Made by a program: the position numbers and the translations under genes. This document shows, one piece after another, positions 1-13,629 of a stretch of 64,000 nt of DNA. Source of the stretch: Lama guanicoe (Eukaryota); assembly GCA_013239625.1 (NCBI GenBank), contig MU054187.1, positions 7,970,358-8,034,357 of the forward strand. The letters run 5' to 3'. The notes under the pieces were generated by a model. That model searched no databases. It was not told the origin of the DNA and was given only the letters and a program-made list of their open reading frames with translations. The stretch's first letter is position 1. Every line of letters starts with the position of its first letter.

Positions 1-2696
1 TAAAATCACATGCATGAAATACCCCACCAAGGTGAGTTTGTCTATTCAGAAGGTTTGAAGCAGAAACATGCTAACATGGAAGGAATGTTCTCTTTGCTCA
101 GCTTAGACTCAGTCACATGATCAGCAGCTGAAATTTACACCAGACATTCTCAGAAATTTTCTGGTGGCCATATTACCGCTCTCTTCAAAAGACAACTGCA
201 CATTGCCTGTTTTCTCGCTGCCTTTGCAACACTGTACTGCTCACGACACACAGTCCCCATTTTTAAAATGTACTTAGCTAAACACGTTTTATGTCATAAA
301 GCAGAACAATATGAATACCATCTATGCAATCTGCAATTCTGCGTTGTCAGATATGTCTTTTAAAAGCAAAACTCTATAGCAATCAATCACATGATATAGT
401 AAGTTCTGGGTTCTTTTTGTTTTTATTTCTAGGAAAAGAATACCATATTTCATCTAGGAAGGAGGAAATATAAAAATGCTACTAAAATATCTGTATGGCT
501 CTTTAGTTACTTGCAAACGCACAGTGTCCTACATTTGCTGGAATAAGGTCTCAGAATACAGCTTGTCAATTTGAACAGTTGTGTGGGGATGGGACAGATG
601 GGCAACTGCTTCTTTTTTTAATCCCAGATTTTGTTCTTTTACTTTAAATAATGTTGAAATTCTTTTAATTGTGGGAAAAAATAGGCTTTAAAAAAATAAA
701 ATGGTAGCTATTGAACTGTAATGAAGGAAAGATAGTTCCTATTACTTGGATTAGAAATCTCCGGCTCATTTTACTGAAAACAATAGATTTTACTGGCTGT
801 ACTGGGCTGATACTGATCATCATTTATACCATAATTGATATGACCAACTGTCTGTTCAGTTTTATAGGAAGAGACAAAAATACTGATTAAGTCAAATTTA
901 AATAATCAACTGGGCATCATTATTCCTCTGCTAGTGCTTATGGATTTTCCACGTTTTGGTCCCAAATGTAAACTCCTTTCTTAGCCGTACATTTTGCAAT
1001 ACGAATTAATCCAAACTAAAACTATTTTTAAAACCTTTTTGTTCATATAAAACACATGATAAGAATGCCTCTATTTTTAAATTGGCATTTCTTTCTTCTA
1101 TCATAATTACTTCCCCATATTATGAAAGAATAAAGATTTAACTAATGCCCTAAGTAAATTGGCCAAAGATTATAAATAATGACTTTTCACTAGGCACAAA
1201 TCTTCTGTAATTAGAAAGGGAGGAAAATAATCTGTAATGAATGAACTGTATTTAATATATAAGTACTGAATATTGAACACAGATGCCTCTGTATTAGTGC
1301 TCAAGTGAAAAAAAAAATCTGCATTTAAATTCTTTCCTGGGCAGAAACCCCATATTCTGGAAGGGTAAAATACTCAACTCAGAAAACTACCACCAAAAAA
1401 TAGAATTTTAGTTAGTTGAAAACCAGAATGCCTTTAATAGAACAATTTTAAATAGCAAAATGCTCATTATCGCATTATGTTACTTGAGATTATTCCAGAT
1501 AATATAACTGACCAGAAACTACTTCTGTATCCTTCTGAGAAACCTGAATTTTTTTGACCTTCAAATAAGTAAAAACCATTTCATTGATCAGTGCCATACC
1601 ATGCAGCAATGCTCATGTGTGATAATTTTATAGAGAAAATATAGTTCCATTGAATGCTTTTAATGGATTGAATCTGTTCATACGACAGTGGTTGATTAAA
1701 GAACCTACTTTAATATCTTAACTTTAAACAGACTACAATGCTTTATAATTCTAAATTGTTAGAACCCATTTTTAATTTCTTTCAAACTGATAAGCCTTCC
1801 CGCCCTTCCCCAATTTCACATTTAATTAAATCCACAACACAACCACCCTGAAGGGAAAGGCCAGTTTTATTTACATAACATAACAATAGCAATAACAATG
1901 AATGAGTAGCACTAAGCCAACATCAGTCTTGACCACAAAATATTACTCTTGACCTCTTAAATGAGCAAACGTTTTTTTAACCCAGCCATTTAATTTTGTA
2001 TGAAAATAAGCACTGCGATGGAACTCATAAACGAACAAATGTATTTTTGGAAGTAAATTCAACACTATTAATATTTTTTTCATAAACTGAGGAGTCCTCC
2101 ATCTTAACCCACAACATCAGCAGTGCTTACATGTTATCTTTTTTTAGATATTATAAAAATTACCCACATATTAAGTGTTCAGGGTGGAGAATGAGGAAAT
2201 TAAGGTACAAATTATAAAAACCTGGGGTATCAAGAGGTTAAGGGGGCAAGATCAGAGGAAGGAAAGTGGTAGAACCAGGGTTTTCAAGCAGTTCCTTTTC
2301 TCCCAGGTTATACTCAGACTGGAGGCCTGCTTCAGGCGGAGTCAAAGGAGGAATTTGCCTGGAGCAGCTGGTCCGGAGGGAGACCCCCCTACTTCATCAG
2401 CCAAGCTCGATTGTTAACACCTACTCACAGTCTGGGAGCTTTCAGTCTTTGGATGAGATGTGTGCCAGCCACAGAATCACTCTGTGTTTGCAGACTCAAA
2501 CACACATATGGGATATTTGGGAGTCAGAGTTACCAAATTTCTGAGAGACCTCTACGAAAGTTAGAAGGCAATTCACAATATCAGTTTAATATCAGTTACT
2601 TGAAACTATGTTCTCCCCATAGTGAATGGTCTGATCATCCTAGAAGTACCAAACATTAGTTCAATGTGTTCACTTTAACCCAGAAATCCTCTTCTT

Positions 2697-4040
2697 TTTC
2701 TTTTTTAACATTTTTTATTGATTTATAATCATTTTATAATGTTGTGTCAAATTCCAATGTAGAGCACAATTTTTCAGCAATACATGAACATATATATATT
2801 CATTGTCACATTTTTTTTCTCTGTGAGCTACCATAAGATCTTATATATATTTCCCCATGTTTATCTATTCTAGTATAATCTTGTTTATCTATTCTACAAT
2901 TTTAAAATCCCATTCTATCCCTTCCCACACCCCGCCCACTTGGCAACCACAAGTTTGTATTCTATCTCTATGAGTCTGTTTCTGTTTTGTATTTATGCTT
3001 TGTTTGTGGTTTGTTTTTTGTTTTTTGTTTTTTGTTTTTGTTTTTGGGTTTTTTTTTAGATTCCACATATGAGTGATCTCATATGGTATTTTTCTTTCTC
3101 TTTCTGGCTTACTTCACTTAGAATGACATTCTCCAGGAGCATCCATGTTGCTGTAAATGGCATTATGTTGTCAGTTTTTATGGCTGAATAGTATTCCATT
3201 GTGTAAATATACTACTTCTTCTTTATTCAATCATCTGTTGATGGACATTTAGGCTGTTTCCATGTCTTGGCTATTGTAAATAGTGCTGCTATGAACATTG
3301 GGGTGCAGGTGTCATTCTGGATATACAACCAGGAGCAGGATTCCTGGGTCATACAGTAAATCTATGCCTAGTCTTTTGAGGAATCTCCATACTGTCTTCC
3401 ACAGTGGCTGCATCAAACTGCACTCCCAGTATAGGAGGGTTCCCTTTTCTCCACAACCTCTCCAGCATTTGTAATTTGTGGACTTTTGAATGATGGCCAT
3501 TCTGACTGGTGTGAGGTGATACCTCATTGTAGTTTTGATTTGCATTTCTCTGATAATTAGTGATATTGAGCATTTTTTTCATGTGCCTATTGATCATTTT
3601 TATGTATTCCTTGGATATCAAGCCTTTGTCAGTTTCATTTGCAAAAATTTCTCCCATTCCATATGTTGTCTTTCTGTTTTACTTATGGTTTCCTCTGCTG
3701 TGCAGAAGCTTGTAAGTTTCATTAGGTCCCATTTGTTTATTCTTGCTTTTATTTCTATTGCTTGAGTAGACTGCTCTAGGAGAACATTTTTGAGATGTAT
3801 ATCAGATAATGTTTTGCCTATATTTTCTTCTAGGAGGTTTATTGTATCTTGTCTTATGTCTAAGTCTTTGATCCATTTTGAGTTTATTTTTGTGTATGGT
3901 GTAAAGGAGTGTTCTAGCTTCATTGCTTTACATGCTACTGTCCAGTTTTCCCAACATCATTTGCTGAAGAGACTGTCTTTATTCCATTGTATATTCTTGC
4001 CTCCTTTGTTGAAGATTAGTTGGCCAAAAGTTTGTGGGAA
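2697..4040 (-). mobile_element. Young 5'-truncated L1 (ORF2 C-terminus, 3' UTR, poly(A)), internally deleted
   Basis: Perfect 16-bp TSD cagaaatcctcttctt at 2681-2696 and 4041-4056. ORFs 3312-3545 and 3618-3923 translate to L1 ORF2-like peptides ([22 protein letters not shown]). Its 3' UTR matches the copies at 5719 and 54561. Confidence 0.97.
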
Positions 4041-4279
4041 CAGAAATCCTCTTCTTGTAATTCTTTTTAAGTCATATACACACAAGATATCTACTCTCAG
4101 AGTAAAACTTGACTTCCTTTGTTTTGGATGGGGTCCAGTCTTCCAAAGAGATTACATTCCTAGACTAGTGTCTACACTTTCTATTTTAGTTTTTTCTTTA
4201 ACTCTTTTATTTCTTCTTGAATTATGTTTGAATTTCCAAAACCTTAAAAATGCTTCCTTTTTGAAACCACTACTCCATT

Positions 4280-4765
4280 CTAATCACCCTCAAATCATTT
4301 TATAGCTAAGCTCTCAAACAAGCAATCTACCTCCACACCCCACTGCTCTCACTTGCCATCCCTTACTTTCTTAAACTCCTATAATCTGATTCATTAACTC
4401 ATCAATGTCCTGAAATTGCTCAGTTAAATCATTTTCCTAATGGACTTGAGTTTCTTTATCCTGATACCCCTCAAATTCCCCACTATACTTCACATAGCTT
4501 CTCTCCTCATTTTTAGTTTCCATGACAATGTCTGTGATTTTTTTCTCTGTATCTCTCACTAACTAGGCTGCTCCTTTCCTCTATGCCCCAATTTAGTGAT
4601 TCTCTTTGTTGTCTATCTATTGGTTTCCCTCTAAACTTACAGAATTTATACATTGAAATATTTTAATTATCTCCTCCATATTTACAACTCAAACATTCTT
4701 ATCTCCTGAATATCCTATCTTTTACTTTCTCTCCTGTTTCATTTCTCCAAATTATTATAGACCCC
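4280..4765 (+). mobile_element. Degenerate L2 fragment
   Basis: Pyrimidine-rich sequence resembling L2 internal consensus; seems to resume near 10540 after nested insertions. Confidence 0.5.
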
Positions 4766-4769
4766 TTAG

Positions 4770-5715
4770 TCATTCATTCAAAAAAGATCTGATCATGCTT
4801 CTGCCTATAAACCAGGCATTTTTATAGGCACTGAAAATAGAGAAGTGATAAAAAATGAAAAATATCTACTCTCATGAAGTATGCATGCATGAAGGAAACA
4901 GATAATGCACATAATTAAAAAGTAAAATATCATGGAAATGGGTGTTAAAGAAAAAATATAAAGCAAAGAATGGGTATGTGAGACATCAGAGGTAGACTTG
5001 AAATTTTAAATAGGTCTTGACTGTGGACTGCACAGGCAACACAGAAGCTGAGATCAATCTAAAAACCACTGCAATAATCCAGGAGTTATATGACAGTAAC
5101 ATGGAGAAGAATGGTGGCAGCTGGAGTGAAGAGACGGGGTGGAATTCTGGATCTATTTTGAAGATAGAGAAGAAATAATTTGTTGGTGAAACAGCTACGA
5201 GAGGAAGGAATCAAGACTGATATCACAGTTTTGACACGAGTAACTGGAAGAATGTAGTCATTAACCAATGTAGGTAAGTAAGCAGAAGTTACACACCAGT
5301 AGCTGAGTTTTAAAGACTTTAAATTGGAGTTGTCTGATAGATAGACATATGTATGTTGATAAGGCAATTGATTACATAGATGTGAAGTTAAGAGAAAAAA
5401 TTCTAGATAGAAAATATAAACTTTGCTGTCATAAACATAGAAATGGTATTTAAAACAATGAAAGGAGAAATGGCATCACTTTGAGAGTAACACAGGTAGA
5501 AAAGAAAATAGGTGTAAGGATTAGAGTTCAGAGAAATAAGGACAGACTGGCAAAATGACAAAGAAGCAGTAGTCAAATGTGTCAGAGAAATGATGGACAT
5601 CAAGAGAAAAAAGTGATTATAGGAGAAGGGTATCAACTGTATTCGTCCCTACAGTAGTACAAATAACATGAAAATTGGCAAATGAAATTAGCAGTTATGA
5701 ATGTCTTTGATGACC
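4770..5715 (-). mobile_element. L2a-like LINE 3' portion
   Basis: Starts cattcattca...accaggcatt...ggcactgaaaatag...ctcatgaag (reverse of the L2 3' end), followed by L2-typical ctgcaataatccagg and ttctggatctattttgaag. Confidence 0.8.
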
Positions 5716-5718
5716 GTA

Positions 5719-6264
5719 ACTATTTACAACAGCCAAGACATGTTAACAGCCTAAATGTCCATCAACAGATGACTGGATAAAGAGGATGTGGTATATTTAT
5801 ACAATGGAATACTATTCAGCCATAAAAACCAACAACATAACGCCATTTGCAGCAACATGGATGCTCCTGGAGAATGCCATTCTAAGTGAAGTAAGCCAGA
5901 AAGAGAAAGAAAAATACCATATGAGATCGCTCATAGGTGGAATCTAAAACAAACAAACAAACAAACAAAGCATACATACAAAAGAGAAACAGACTCATAG
6001 ACATAGAATACAAACTTGTGTTTGCCAAGGGGGTGGAGGGTAGGAAGGGATAGATGGGATTTTAAAATTGTAGAATAGATAAACAAGATTATACTGTAAA
6101 GCACAGGGAAATATATACAAGATCTTATGGTAGCTCACAGAGGAAAAAAATGTGACAATGAATATACATATGTTCATGTATAACTGAAAAATTGTGCTGA
6201 ACACTGGAATTTGACACAACATTGTAATATGATTATAAATCAATAAAAAATGTTAAAAAAAAAA
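5719..6264 (+). mobile_element. Young L1 3' end (end of ORF2, 3' UTR, poly(A))
   Basis: Closely similar to 54985-55481; ends aatcaataaaaaatgttaaaaaaaaaa. No TSD found. Confidence 0.95.
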
Positions 6265-6763
6265 CTGGGGGTATCTGTATACACACTAACTTATAGTTAT
6301 CCAATGGCAATATATAAAGGCCTTTCCACAGCAATAAAATAAAAATAAAAGGAGAAAGATCTCAAATCGATAAGCTAACTTTCCACTGTAAAACACTGGA
6401 AAGAACAGCTAAACCTAAAACAAGCAGAAGGGAAGAAATAACAAAAAATAGAGAGTAAATAATGAAATGGAGACTAGAAAAACAATAGAGAAAATCTATG
6501 AAATCAAGTGTTGGTTCTTTGAAAATATCAACAAAATTGACAACCCTTTAGTTGGACTAAACACAGGTCTGAAAGAAGGTACATTACTCTTGACCGTACA
6601 GAAATAAAAGGATTATAAAGGAAGACTATGAATAATTACAGGCTAACAAATTAGTTAACTCTGATAAAATGGGAAAATGCCTGGAAAGAATAAAGTACTA
6701 ACACTTACTCAAGAAGAAACAGAAAATCTAAATAGGTCTTTAACAAGTAAAGAGTGAATTAAC

Positions 6764-7290
6764 ATTGGGGAGGATCCCCAAGACCGCCCTAAGGAAGGCT
6801 AATTCACTAGGAGGACTCACATACAGGACTCAGCATGGAATTGTATTCAGGGCACTGGTTTCCTACAGCGAAAGGGTACCAAACATGATGGGCAAAGGGA
6901 ACGGGTACAGGTGGCAAAATCCAGGGGAAGCAAGGCACAGGCGTCTGAGGGTCACCTCTCACTAGGGTCACAAAGACCTGCTTAATTTCCCCACTAAAAA
7001 GTCATGTGAACACATGTGAAATGTTGCCAATCTTGAAAGCCATCCAGAGGCTGGTCATAGAGACAGCTTCTGTCCAGCACGTAGCAAAATCCTAGATTCC
7101 CAAAAGTAAAGCAGGTATTCAGCATAAACCAAATTGTTCATGCTGAATAGATAAAGCACAGCAAGTTACTCTTATCAGTTCTGGGGATGATGGGAACCCT
7201 CTCAAAATCTGAATCCCCAGACACCAGCTAACTGTAAGCTAGCCTTTCAAAGGATCTTAGGATTGCTATGTTAACTTTTTTGGGGGTACA
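6764..7290 (-). mobile_element. ERVL-class solo LTR (MER77/MER68 group)
   Basis: Diagnostic ccccaagacc...attcactaggaggactcac...ggactcagca and gcaggtattcagcataaacca; terminal tgctatgttaactttt...taca. Confidence 0.8.
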
Positions 7291-7569
7291 GTTAGAAAAC
7301 TTAAAACTTTCTACAGAGCAAAGCCAAGACCCAGTTTTTTTTCCATCAGTGAATTCTACCAAACATTTTAAAAAAGCCATTAATATCAAATTTTCACAAA
7401 TCTTTCCCACCAAAAGAAAAGGGAACACATTCCAAGTTATTATATAAAGTCAATATTGTCCTGATACCAAAACCAGAAAAGAAAAATTACAAGAACAGAA
7501 AACTACCAACTATTTATTCTCATATATTCATTCTCCAGTGAACACATATGCAAAATTATTTTAAAAAAT

Positions 7570-8201
7570 TCATTTTCTTATTATTCATAGAAGTTAGGTA
7601 TTATAAAATCATTGAGAACGCTGAATTGGACCATTGCTCATAAAAGAAATATTAGGGTTAGGTTCTTCGAGTGCCTCTGGTCACAGTATTTTCATCAACT
7701 GATCAATAATAGCTTTGTTTTATGTGTGTTTCTGCTTTAAGGCATCTTATTTAATATATACTGCTGATTCATTAACATTGAACTCATGGCCAACAGCACT
7801 ATAACTCATGCCGGAACAAAGCTTATCGAACAAACTGCTTTCTACGTAACGCATATCACAGCCTTCTTGTATTTAGAACACTACCCAGGACTTTAGAACT
7901 AATGTTGGGGACCATTTTAAATAGCAAAATCAACAACAGAAGGCACAAATAAGTGGAAAATGTGACATTAAATATTCCACAAAAAGGGCACTTTGTTTAC
8001 AGCCTAAGACCTAAAACAAGAAAGCACAGTATCACCTTTTTTAGCTTCAGCTGGGAATGTGCACCTTGGGTAACTCAATTTTCCACTATTCTGTGCATGT
8101 TCACAAATGATGATGAGAGTGCCACAAATACTGATTTGGGTTTACAAGTACATTTTAGTGAATGCATGAATATGGAAACTGCACATACTGAGGACTGACT
8201 G
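7570..8201 (-). mobile_element. MER82 (TcMar-Tigger non-autonomous DNA transposon)
   Basis: Long match to recalled consensus: gattcattaacattgaactcatggccaacagcactataactcatgcc, cagctgggaatgtgc; terminal gactg followed by TA. Confidence 0.85.
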
Positions 8202-10811
8202 TACTAGCAAATAGATTCTAGCAACATATAAAAAGGGTCATACAATAAGACCAAGTGGGATCTATCTCAGGAATGCAAGTTGGTTTAACGTCCAAAAATC
8301 TATTAATATAATATACCATATCAACAGGAAGTAGGACAAAAGCCAAATTATCATCTCAATAGTTTCATAAAAATCATTTAACAAAACACGATATCCACTT
8401 ATAACAAAAAAAAAATACTCAACACACTGGAAATAGAAGAGAGCTTTCTCAATCTGATAAAAAGCAAATGCTATACTTAATAGTAAAATACTGAATGATC
8501 CCCACTAAGGCCAGCAACAAGTACAGTATAACCTCTCTCACCTCATTTATTGTACTGCAGTTTCACCACATTGTCCTGGAATCTCTAGCCAAGACAACTG
8601 GGCAAGAAAATGAAACAAAAGACATCCAGATTGGAAAGAAGAAAGTAAGACTAACTCTTTTTACAAAGGACATGCTCTTGTATATAGGAAATCCGAAGAA
8701 ATTAAAGAAAATTTATTTCATTTATCTTAAAATCAAAAGGAATGATAAACTTAGGAATAAAATTTTAAAATAAGGGCAAAACTTGTACTCTGAAAACTAC
8801 AAAACATTCCTGAAAGAATTTAAAGAAGGTCTAAATAAACACAAAGACATTCTGAGTTCGTGGGCTGCAAGACTTGAGGTTGGTAAATGGCAATCCTCCT
8901 AGGCTGACTGACAGATTTAACACAGTCCATCTAAAAATCCCAGCAGGAGTCTTTTCAGAAGTTGACAAGCCGATCTTAACATTCATATAGAAAATTATGA
9001 TACCAAGTTGACAAAAATCTTGAAATGGAAGAACAAAGCTGGAAGACACACTCTTCATGATTTCAGCATGCACTTAAAAATCTGTTAAGTCATCAAGACA
9101 GTGAAGTACTAGAATTAAGAGAGACATAAAGATCACTGGAATAGAACTGGGAGTCCAGAAATAAACTCTCACGTTAACAGTTAATTAATTTTGGACAAAG
9201 GTACCAAGACAATCCAATTGTGAAATGATAGTTTTTTGGTTTGTTTGGTTGTTTTTTTTTGGCAAATGGTGTTGGGATAACTGGATACCCACCTGCAAAA
9301 TATAAAGCTGGGCCACTTTATTACACCATACACAATGTGGACTCAAAATGGATCATAAGCCCCAATTTCTTAGAAGAAAATATAGGAGTAATCTTCATGA
9401 ATTTGAGTAAGACATAGTCTTTGTATATATGGCACTAAAGCCAAAAGAAGAACAAAAAAGAATAGATAAACTGGACTTCATCAAGATGAAACACTTTTGT
9501 GTTTCAAAGAATGTCATCAAGAAAATTAAAAGGCAGTTCACAGAAAAGAGAATATATTTGTGTACATACATCTGATAAGAGATATGTGTCCAGAATGTAT
9601 AAAGAAATGTATGACTTAATAATAAAAAGATACAATTTCAAAATGGGCAAAGGATCTGAACAGATATTTTCCCAAACAAGACATACAAATGACCAATAAA
9701 CACAATACAAATTGTTCAACATTGTTAGTCATTAGAGAAATATAGATCAAGGCCACAGTGAGATTCCGCTTCACACACACCAGGATGGCTAATTGTTTTT
9801 TCAAAAGGCAAATTATAGCAAATGTTGACAAGGGTATGAAAACTGGAACCTTCATACACTGCTGGCTGGATTGTAAAATGATGCATTCAACTTTGGGCCA
9901 CAGGCTGGCAGTTCCTCAAAATGTTTCTCTAAACATAGAGTTACTATGTGACGTAGTATTTCAACTTCTAGGTATATACCAAGAAAAATGAAAACATATG
10001 CCCATGCAAAAACTTGGACACAAATGTTCATTACATTATGAACTCTCAATTATTCATGGCAGTCTAAAAGTGGAAACAATCTAAATGTCTATCAACTGAT
10101 GAATAGATAAATAAATGTGGCATACCCGTCCCATAGAATATTACTTGGCAGCAAAAATGACTGAAATACTGATTCATGCCACAAGATGGATCAACATTGA
10201 AAACTTTATAAGTAAAGGAAGTCAGTTACAAAATACCACATATTATATAATCTCCATTTATGGGAAATATCCAGAATACACAAATCTGTAGAGACAGAGA
10301 GGTCAGTGGTTGTGTAGGACTGAGGTAACAAAGAGAAATGAAAAGTTACCACTAACAAGCACAGGTGTTGTCTGTCTGTTTAGGAGTGATGAAAATGTTC
10401 TAAAATTAATTCTAGCTATAGTTGCAAAACTCTGTGACTGTACTGAAACCCATTGAATTGTACACCTTAAATGGGCTAAGTGTATAAAGTATGAATTACA
10501 TCTTGAAAAAGCTGCTGTACGAATATTATTAAAATCAGGCACTCTTTCATATCTGTTGATGTCAAAGTCTGACCATATCTAGTGCTCATGTGTATTTCAA
10601 TGCCATCTCCAATGCATACCCTAATCACTCCTAGATTACTACAATAATCTACAATAGAAACTGTTTCCAGTTTCGATGAGCCATCTGTTGCAACAGATTT
10701 TATTAAAATACTATTTTCATTAAATCCCTCCCTTGCTCAATATCAGTAATTCTGTAATCTCTTCAGCCATCCATTTAAGGCCCATCATCAACTGGGCTAT
10801 GTTGCCCACGG

Positions 10812-11266
10812 TGTTAGGCAGAAGAATAGCCTCTCAAAGAGGTCCATGTTCTAATTCCCCAAATCTTTAAATATGTTACTAGACATGGGAGAAGAGACTG
10901 TGCAGATGTGATTAAATTAAAGATCTTGAGATGGGGGAGATTATCTGGGATTATCCAGTTGGGCCCAATGTAATCACAAGGGTCCTTCTAAATGAAAGAG
11001 GGAAACAAGACAGTTAGAATCTGAGAAAAGATGTGACTAAAGAAGCAGAGGTCAGAGTGATGTGCACCACGATCTAAGGAGTGTAGGCAGCCTCGGGAAG
11101 GTAGAGGAGGCAAGAAATGGATTCCCCCCTAGAGTCTTCAGAAGGAATGCGGCTTCACTGGCCCATTTTTAACTCTGACATCCAGAGCTGTATAATAATA
11201 AATTTGGGCTGTTTTAAGCCACTAACTTTATGGCAATTCATTAAAACTGTAACGGGAAACCATACA
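10812..11266 (+). mobile_element. MLT1D-like MaLR solo LTR
   Basis: tgttaggcagaagaat...gcagatgtgattaa...gatcttgagatggg...gggcccaatgtaatcacaagggtcctt...gttttaagccactaa...ataca. Confidence 0.88.
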
Positions 11267-11562
11267 GCCATGCAGCAGTCTTACTATGATTCTCTGCTTT
11301 TTTTCAGATCCCTGATTTGAATAATTCTTCTCCACTTGTCTGGAAATTCCATTCTTTTCCTCACTGCCAACACAGCAAGGCCCACTTGGATACTAACATC
11401 CTCAAGAAGTTTCCACCCACTAACCTCACCTCTTTGTGATTTTAATTCTGACTAGAGATTTCTTCAGGATAAATTATACCATCTACAATTAACTAGCACG
11501 TGCATTGCCTTGGATGACCATCTAGGTTGTATGTGGAAGGCACTTAGCATGCTGTATGGAAT

Positions 11563-11816
11563 CTGTGGTGTGCTGATGAACCAACTCACAAAAACCCCCC
11601 AAAACCCCTGATATATAGTGTTCACTAATTAAATACTCCCCACAAGACTGATTTCAATCATCGTGCTGTACACCTGACACTTACACAATGTTATATGTCA
11701 ATACATCTCAATAAATTGGGGGCCAAAAGAAGGCTGATTTCAAGTTACCAATGGTTTGACCACTGGCTCATATGGTCCTTGAATATTTAACAATGTCTTT
11801 AGTGAACTAGTTCAAG
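11563..11816. mobile_element. MER63-like hAT DNA element containing a short L1 tail
   Basis: ctgtggtgtgctg start, aaatactccc, gatttcaagttaccaa and tgaatatttaacaat resemble MER63A. Confidence 0.65.
11658..11729 (+). mobile_element. 72-bp extreme 3' tail of an older L1
   Basis: gctgtacacctgacacttacacaatgttatatgtcaat...atctcaataaa, flanked by a 14-bp TSD with one mismatch: aagactgatttcaa (11644-11657) and aaggctgatttcaa (11730-11743). Confidence 0.85.
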
Positions 11817-12404
11817 ACATCGTCTCAAATTAGGTAGCTCATTCCCTCAGTTCTTCTTTCCTGCCAATCTATGGTTATATTATAAATAAATGCTTAAGTA
11901 TAGAAATGCATCTATTTTTGTTATATGCCATTGATACTTAATAAAAATTTCGGAGCCTTTGAATTTAATCATTTTCTAGGGGAGGACTCAAGGTAGATCT
12001 TCTCCCTGCCAGAAACTTGTATTAGTGTATGTAATAATATGGGCTATTATTTTGTAGAAATATTTTTAATCAATAAGGAAAACATTTAACAATCATTAAA
12101 TTTACAGATATAAAAATTGAGGTTAAAAGTCTCAAAATCCAAATTACTGGATGTGTTACTATAGCCTTGTCATCTGTCATCAGTGGAGAGGAAGTCAGGG
12201 GCTCTGTAGCCTTGATATCATCCACTAAATGCCATGGTTCTTCCCCAGTGTGTACCTTCTTTGTCACATACCCACTGATTTGATTCATTTTCATTCATTC
12301 AACAAATACAGACTCTCAAGACGGCTCAAAATAGGAGGCAGGCATATCTGTTCAGGGACACCTGGGCACCTACTCTGCCTTTCCACTCTCACATCTCACC
12401 CCCA

Positions 12405-12985
12405 TTGATATTGCTCCATAATAATTTCCCACAAAATAAGTAGCTTAAAACAACACCCATTTATCATCATACAATGCTGCACATTCAAAGTCCAGGATGG
12501 TACAGTTGAGCTCTTTCTTAGGATACCACAAGGCTAAAGTTAAGGTGTTGGCTAGACTGACTTCTAACTGAGGAAGCTTGAAGAAAAACCCAATTCCAAG
12601 ATCATTCCTGTTAATAGCAAAATGTAGTTCCTTGCAATTATAGGACTAAGTCTCTGTCTCCTTGCTAGCTCTCAACTGAGGCTGCTCTTGGCTCCTAGAG
12701 GTCATCAAAATCCCTTGCCACATGGCTTCTCTATCTTTTAAGTCAGCAATGGTGTGTCAAATCCTTCTCATGCATCCAATCTCTGACTTCCTCTTTTACA
12801 ACCAGATAGAGACAACTATCAGCTTCTACAGGATCATGTGATTAGGTAAGGCCCACACAGATGCTCTCTGGAAGGTCAACTGTGCCATGCAACACAAGCT
12901 CATCATAAAAATAAAGCTTATCACATTCTCAGTCCTGGGGATTACTCAGGGCATGTACATGTAGGGAAAGGTCACCCCCACCACC
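12405..12985 (-). mobile_element. MLT1E-like MaLR solo LTR
   Basis: tagcttaaaacaacacccatttat, agttccttgcaattataggactaag, aaatccttctcatgc, catgtgattaggtaaggcccac. Confidence 0.8.
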
Positions 12986-13344
12986 AGTCTTTCCACTGCC
13001 TAGTTTGGTTCAAGAAGAAAAGAAATTGATATTATAATACAGATAGAAATCTGTAGATTATTACTATAAATTCTTGTGGAATGGAGAGACACAAATCTAA
13101 GATCCTACTCTGAGCTGAAAGCATCATCAGAAGCGATGTGCTCCTTCTAGGGCCTCAGGGAGCCACAGAAGGCAACACTGGTAAGTGAGATATATGCTCT
13201 CTGTAAGATTTCATCCATATGGATAATTAACTCAGGAACTTAATTGACTTCAGGAGGATGGGGAAGCTTCTTCAGACAATGTACAGAGTGTCAGGTACAA
13301 TATTTCAGTTGGTGTCGAAAGTGAGACCAGACATCCTGTCAAGA

Positions 13345-13605
13345 TAGATGTGCTTCTAGCTTAAAGTCTCTAGTAAGGGGTAGAGATAAGAAAACAGATG
13401 ATAAGGAGGCAGCGTGCTGACCACGCCCTAGGCAAAGGAAGAAATTTGTACAAGTGCCCTCAGAGGGAAAACAGGACCTGGTGCATCGGAGCAACTGCAA
13501 GCATCTCCATGTGATTGGAAGGTGGAGTTGGAGTGGGGACAAGATGAGGCTGGAGAAGGGGTAAGGAGAAGGTCACAGAGAGCCAAATACACTGGCTGAA
13601 GGCCA
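13345..13605 (-). mobile_element. L2 fragment
   Basis: Purine-rich L2-like gatgaggctggagaagg...aggagaaggtcacagagagcc. Confidence 0.55.
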
Positions 13606-13629
13606 TTCATCCTCAAAATAATTGGAAGT

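Larger units (their letters stand above)
6345..10515 (+). mobile_element. Old L1M (L1MB-like) ORF2 plus 3' UTR, interrupted by an LTR and MER82
   Basis: Degenerate ORF2 motifs (ttggttctttgaaaatatcaacaaaattgac, ccaagtgggatctatctcaggaatgcaag). The 3' end tgtacaccttaaatggg...tatgaattacatct...aaagctg is typical of L1MB. Confidence 0.9.

Noticed and set aside
3790..4305. 171-aa plus-strand ORF
   Set aside because: Antisense to L1 ORF2 and running into flank; no gene signals.
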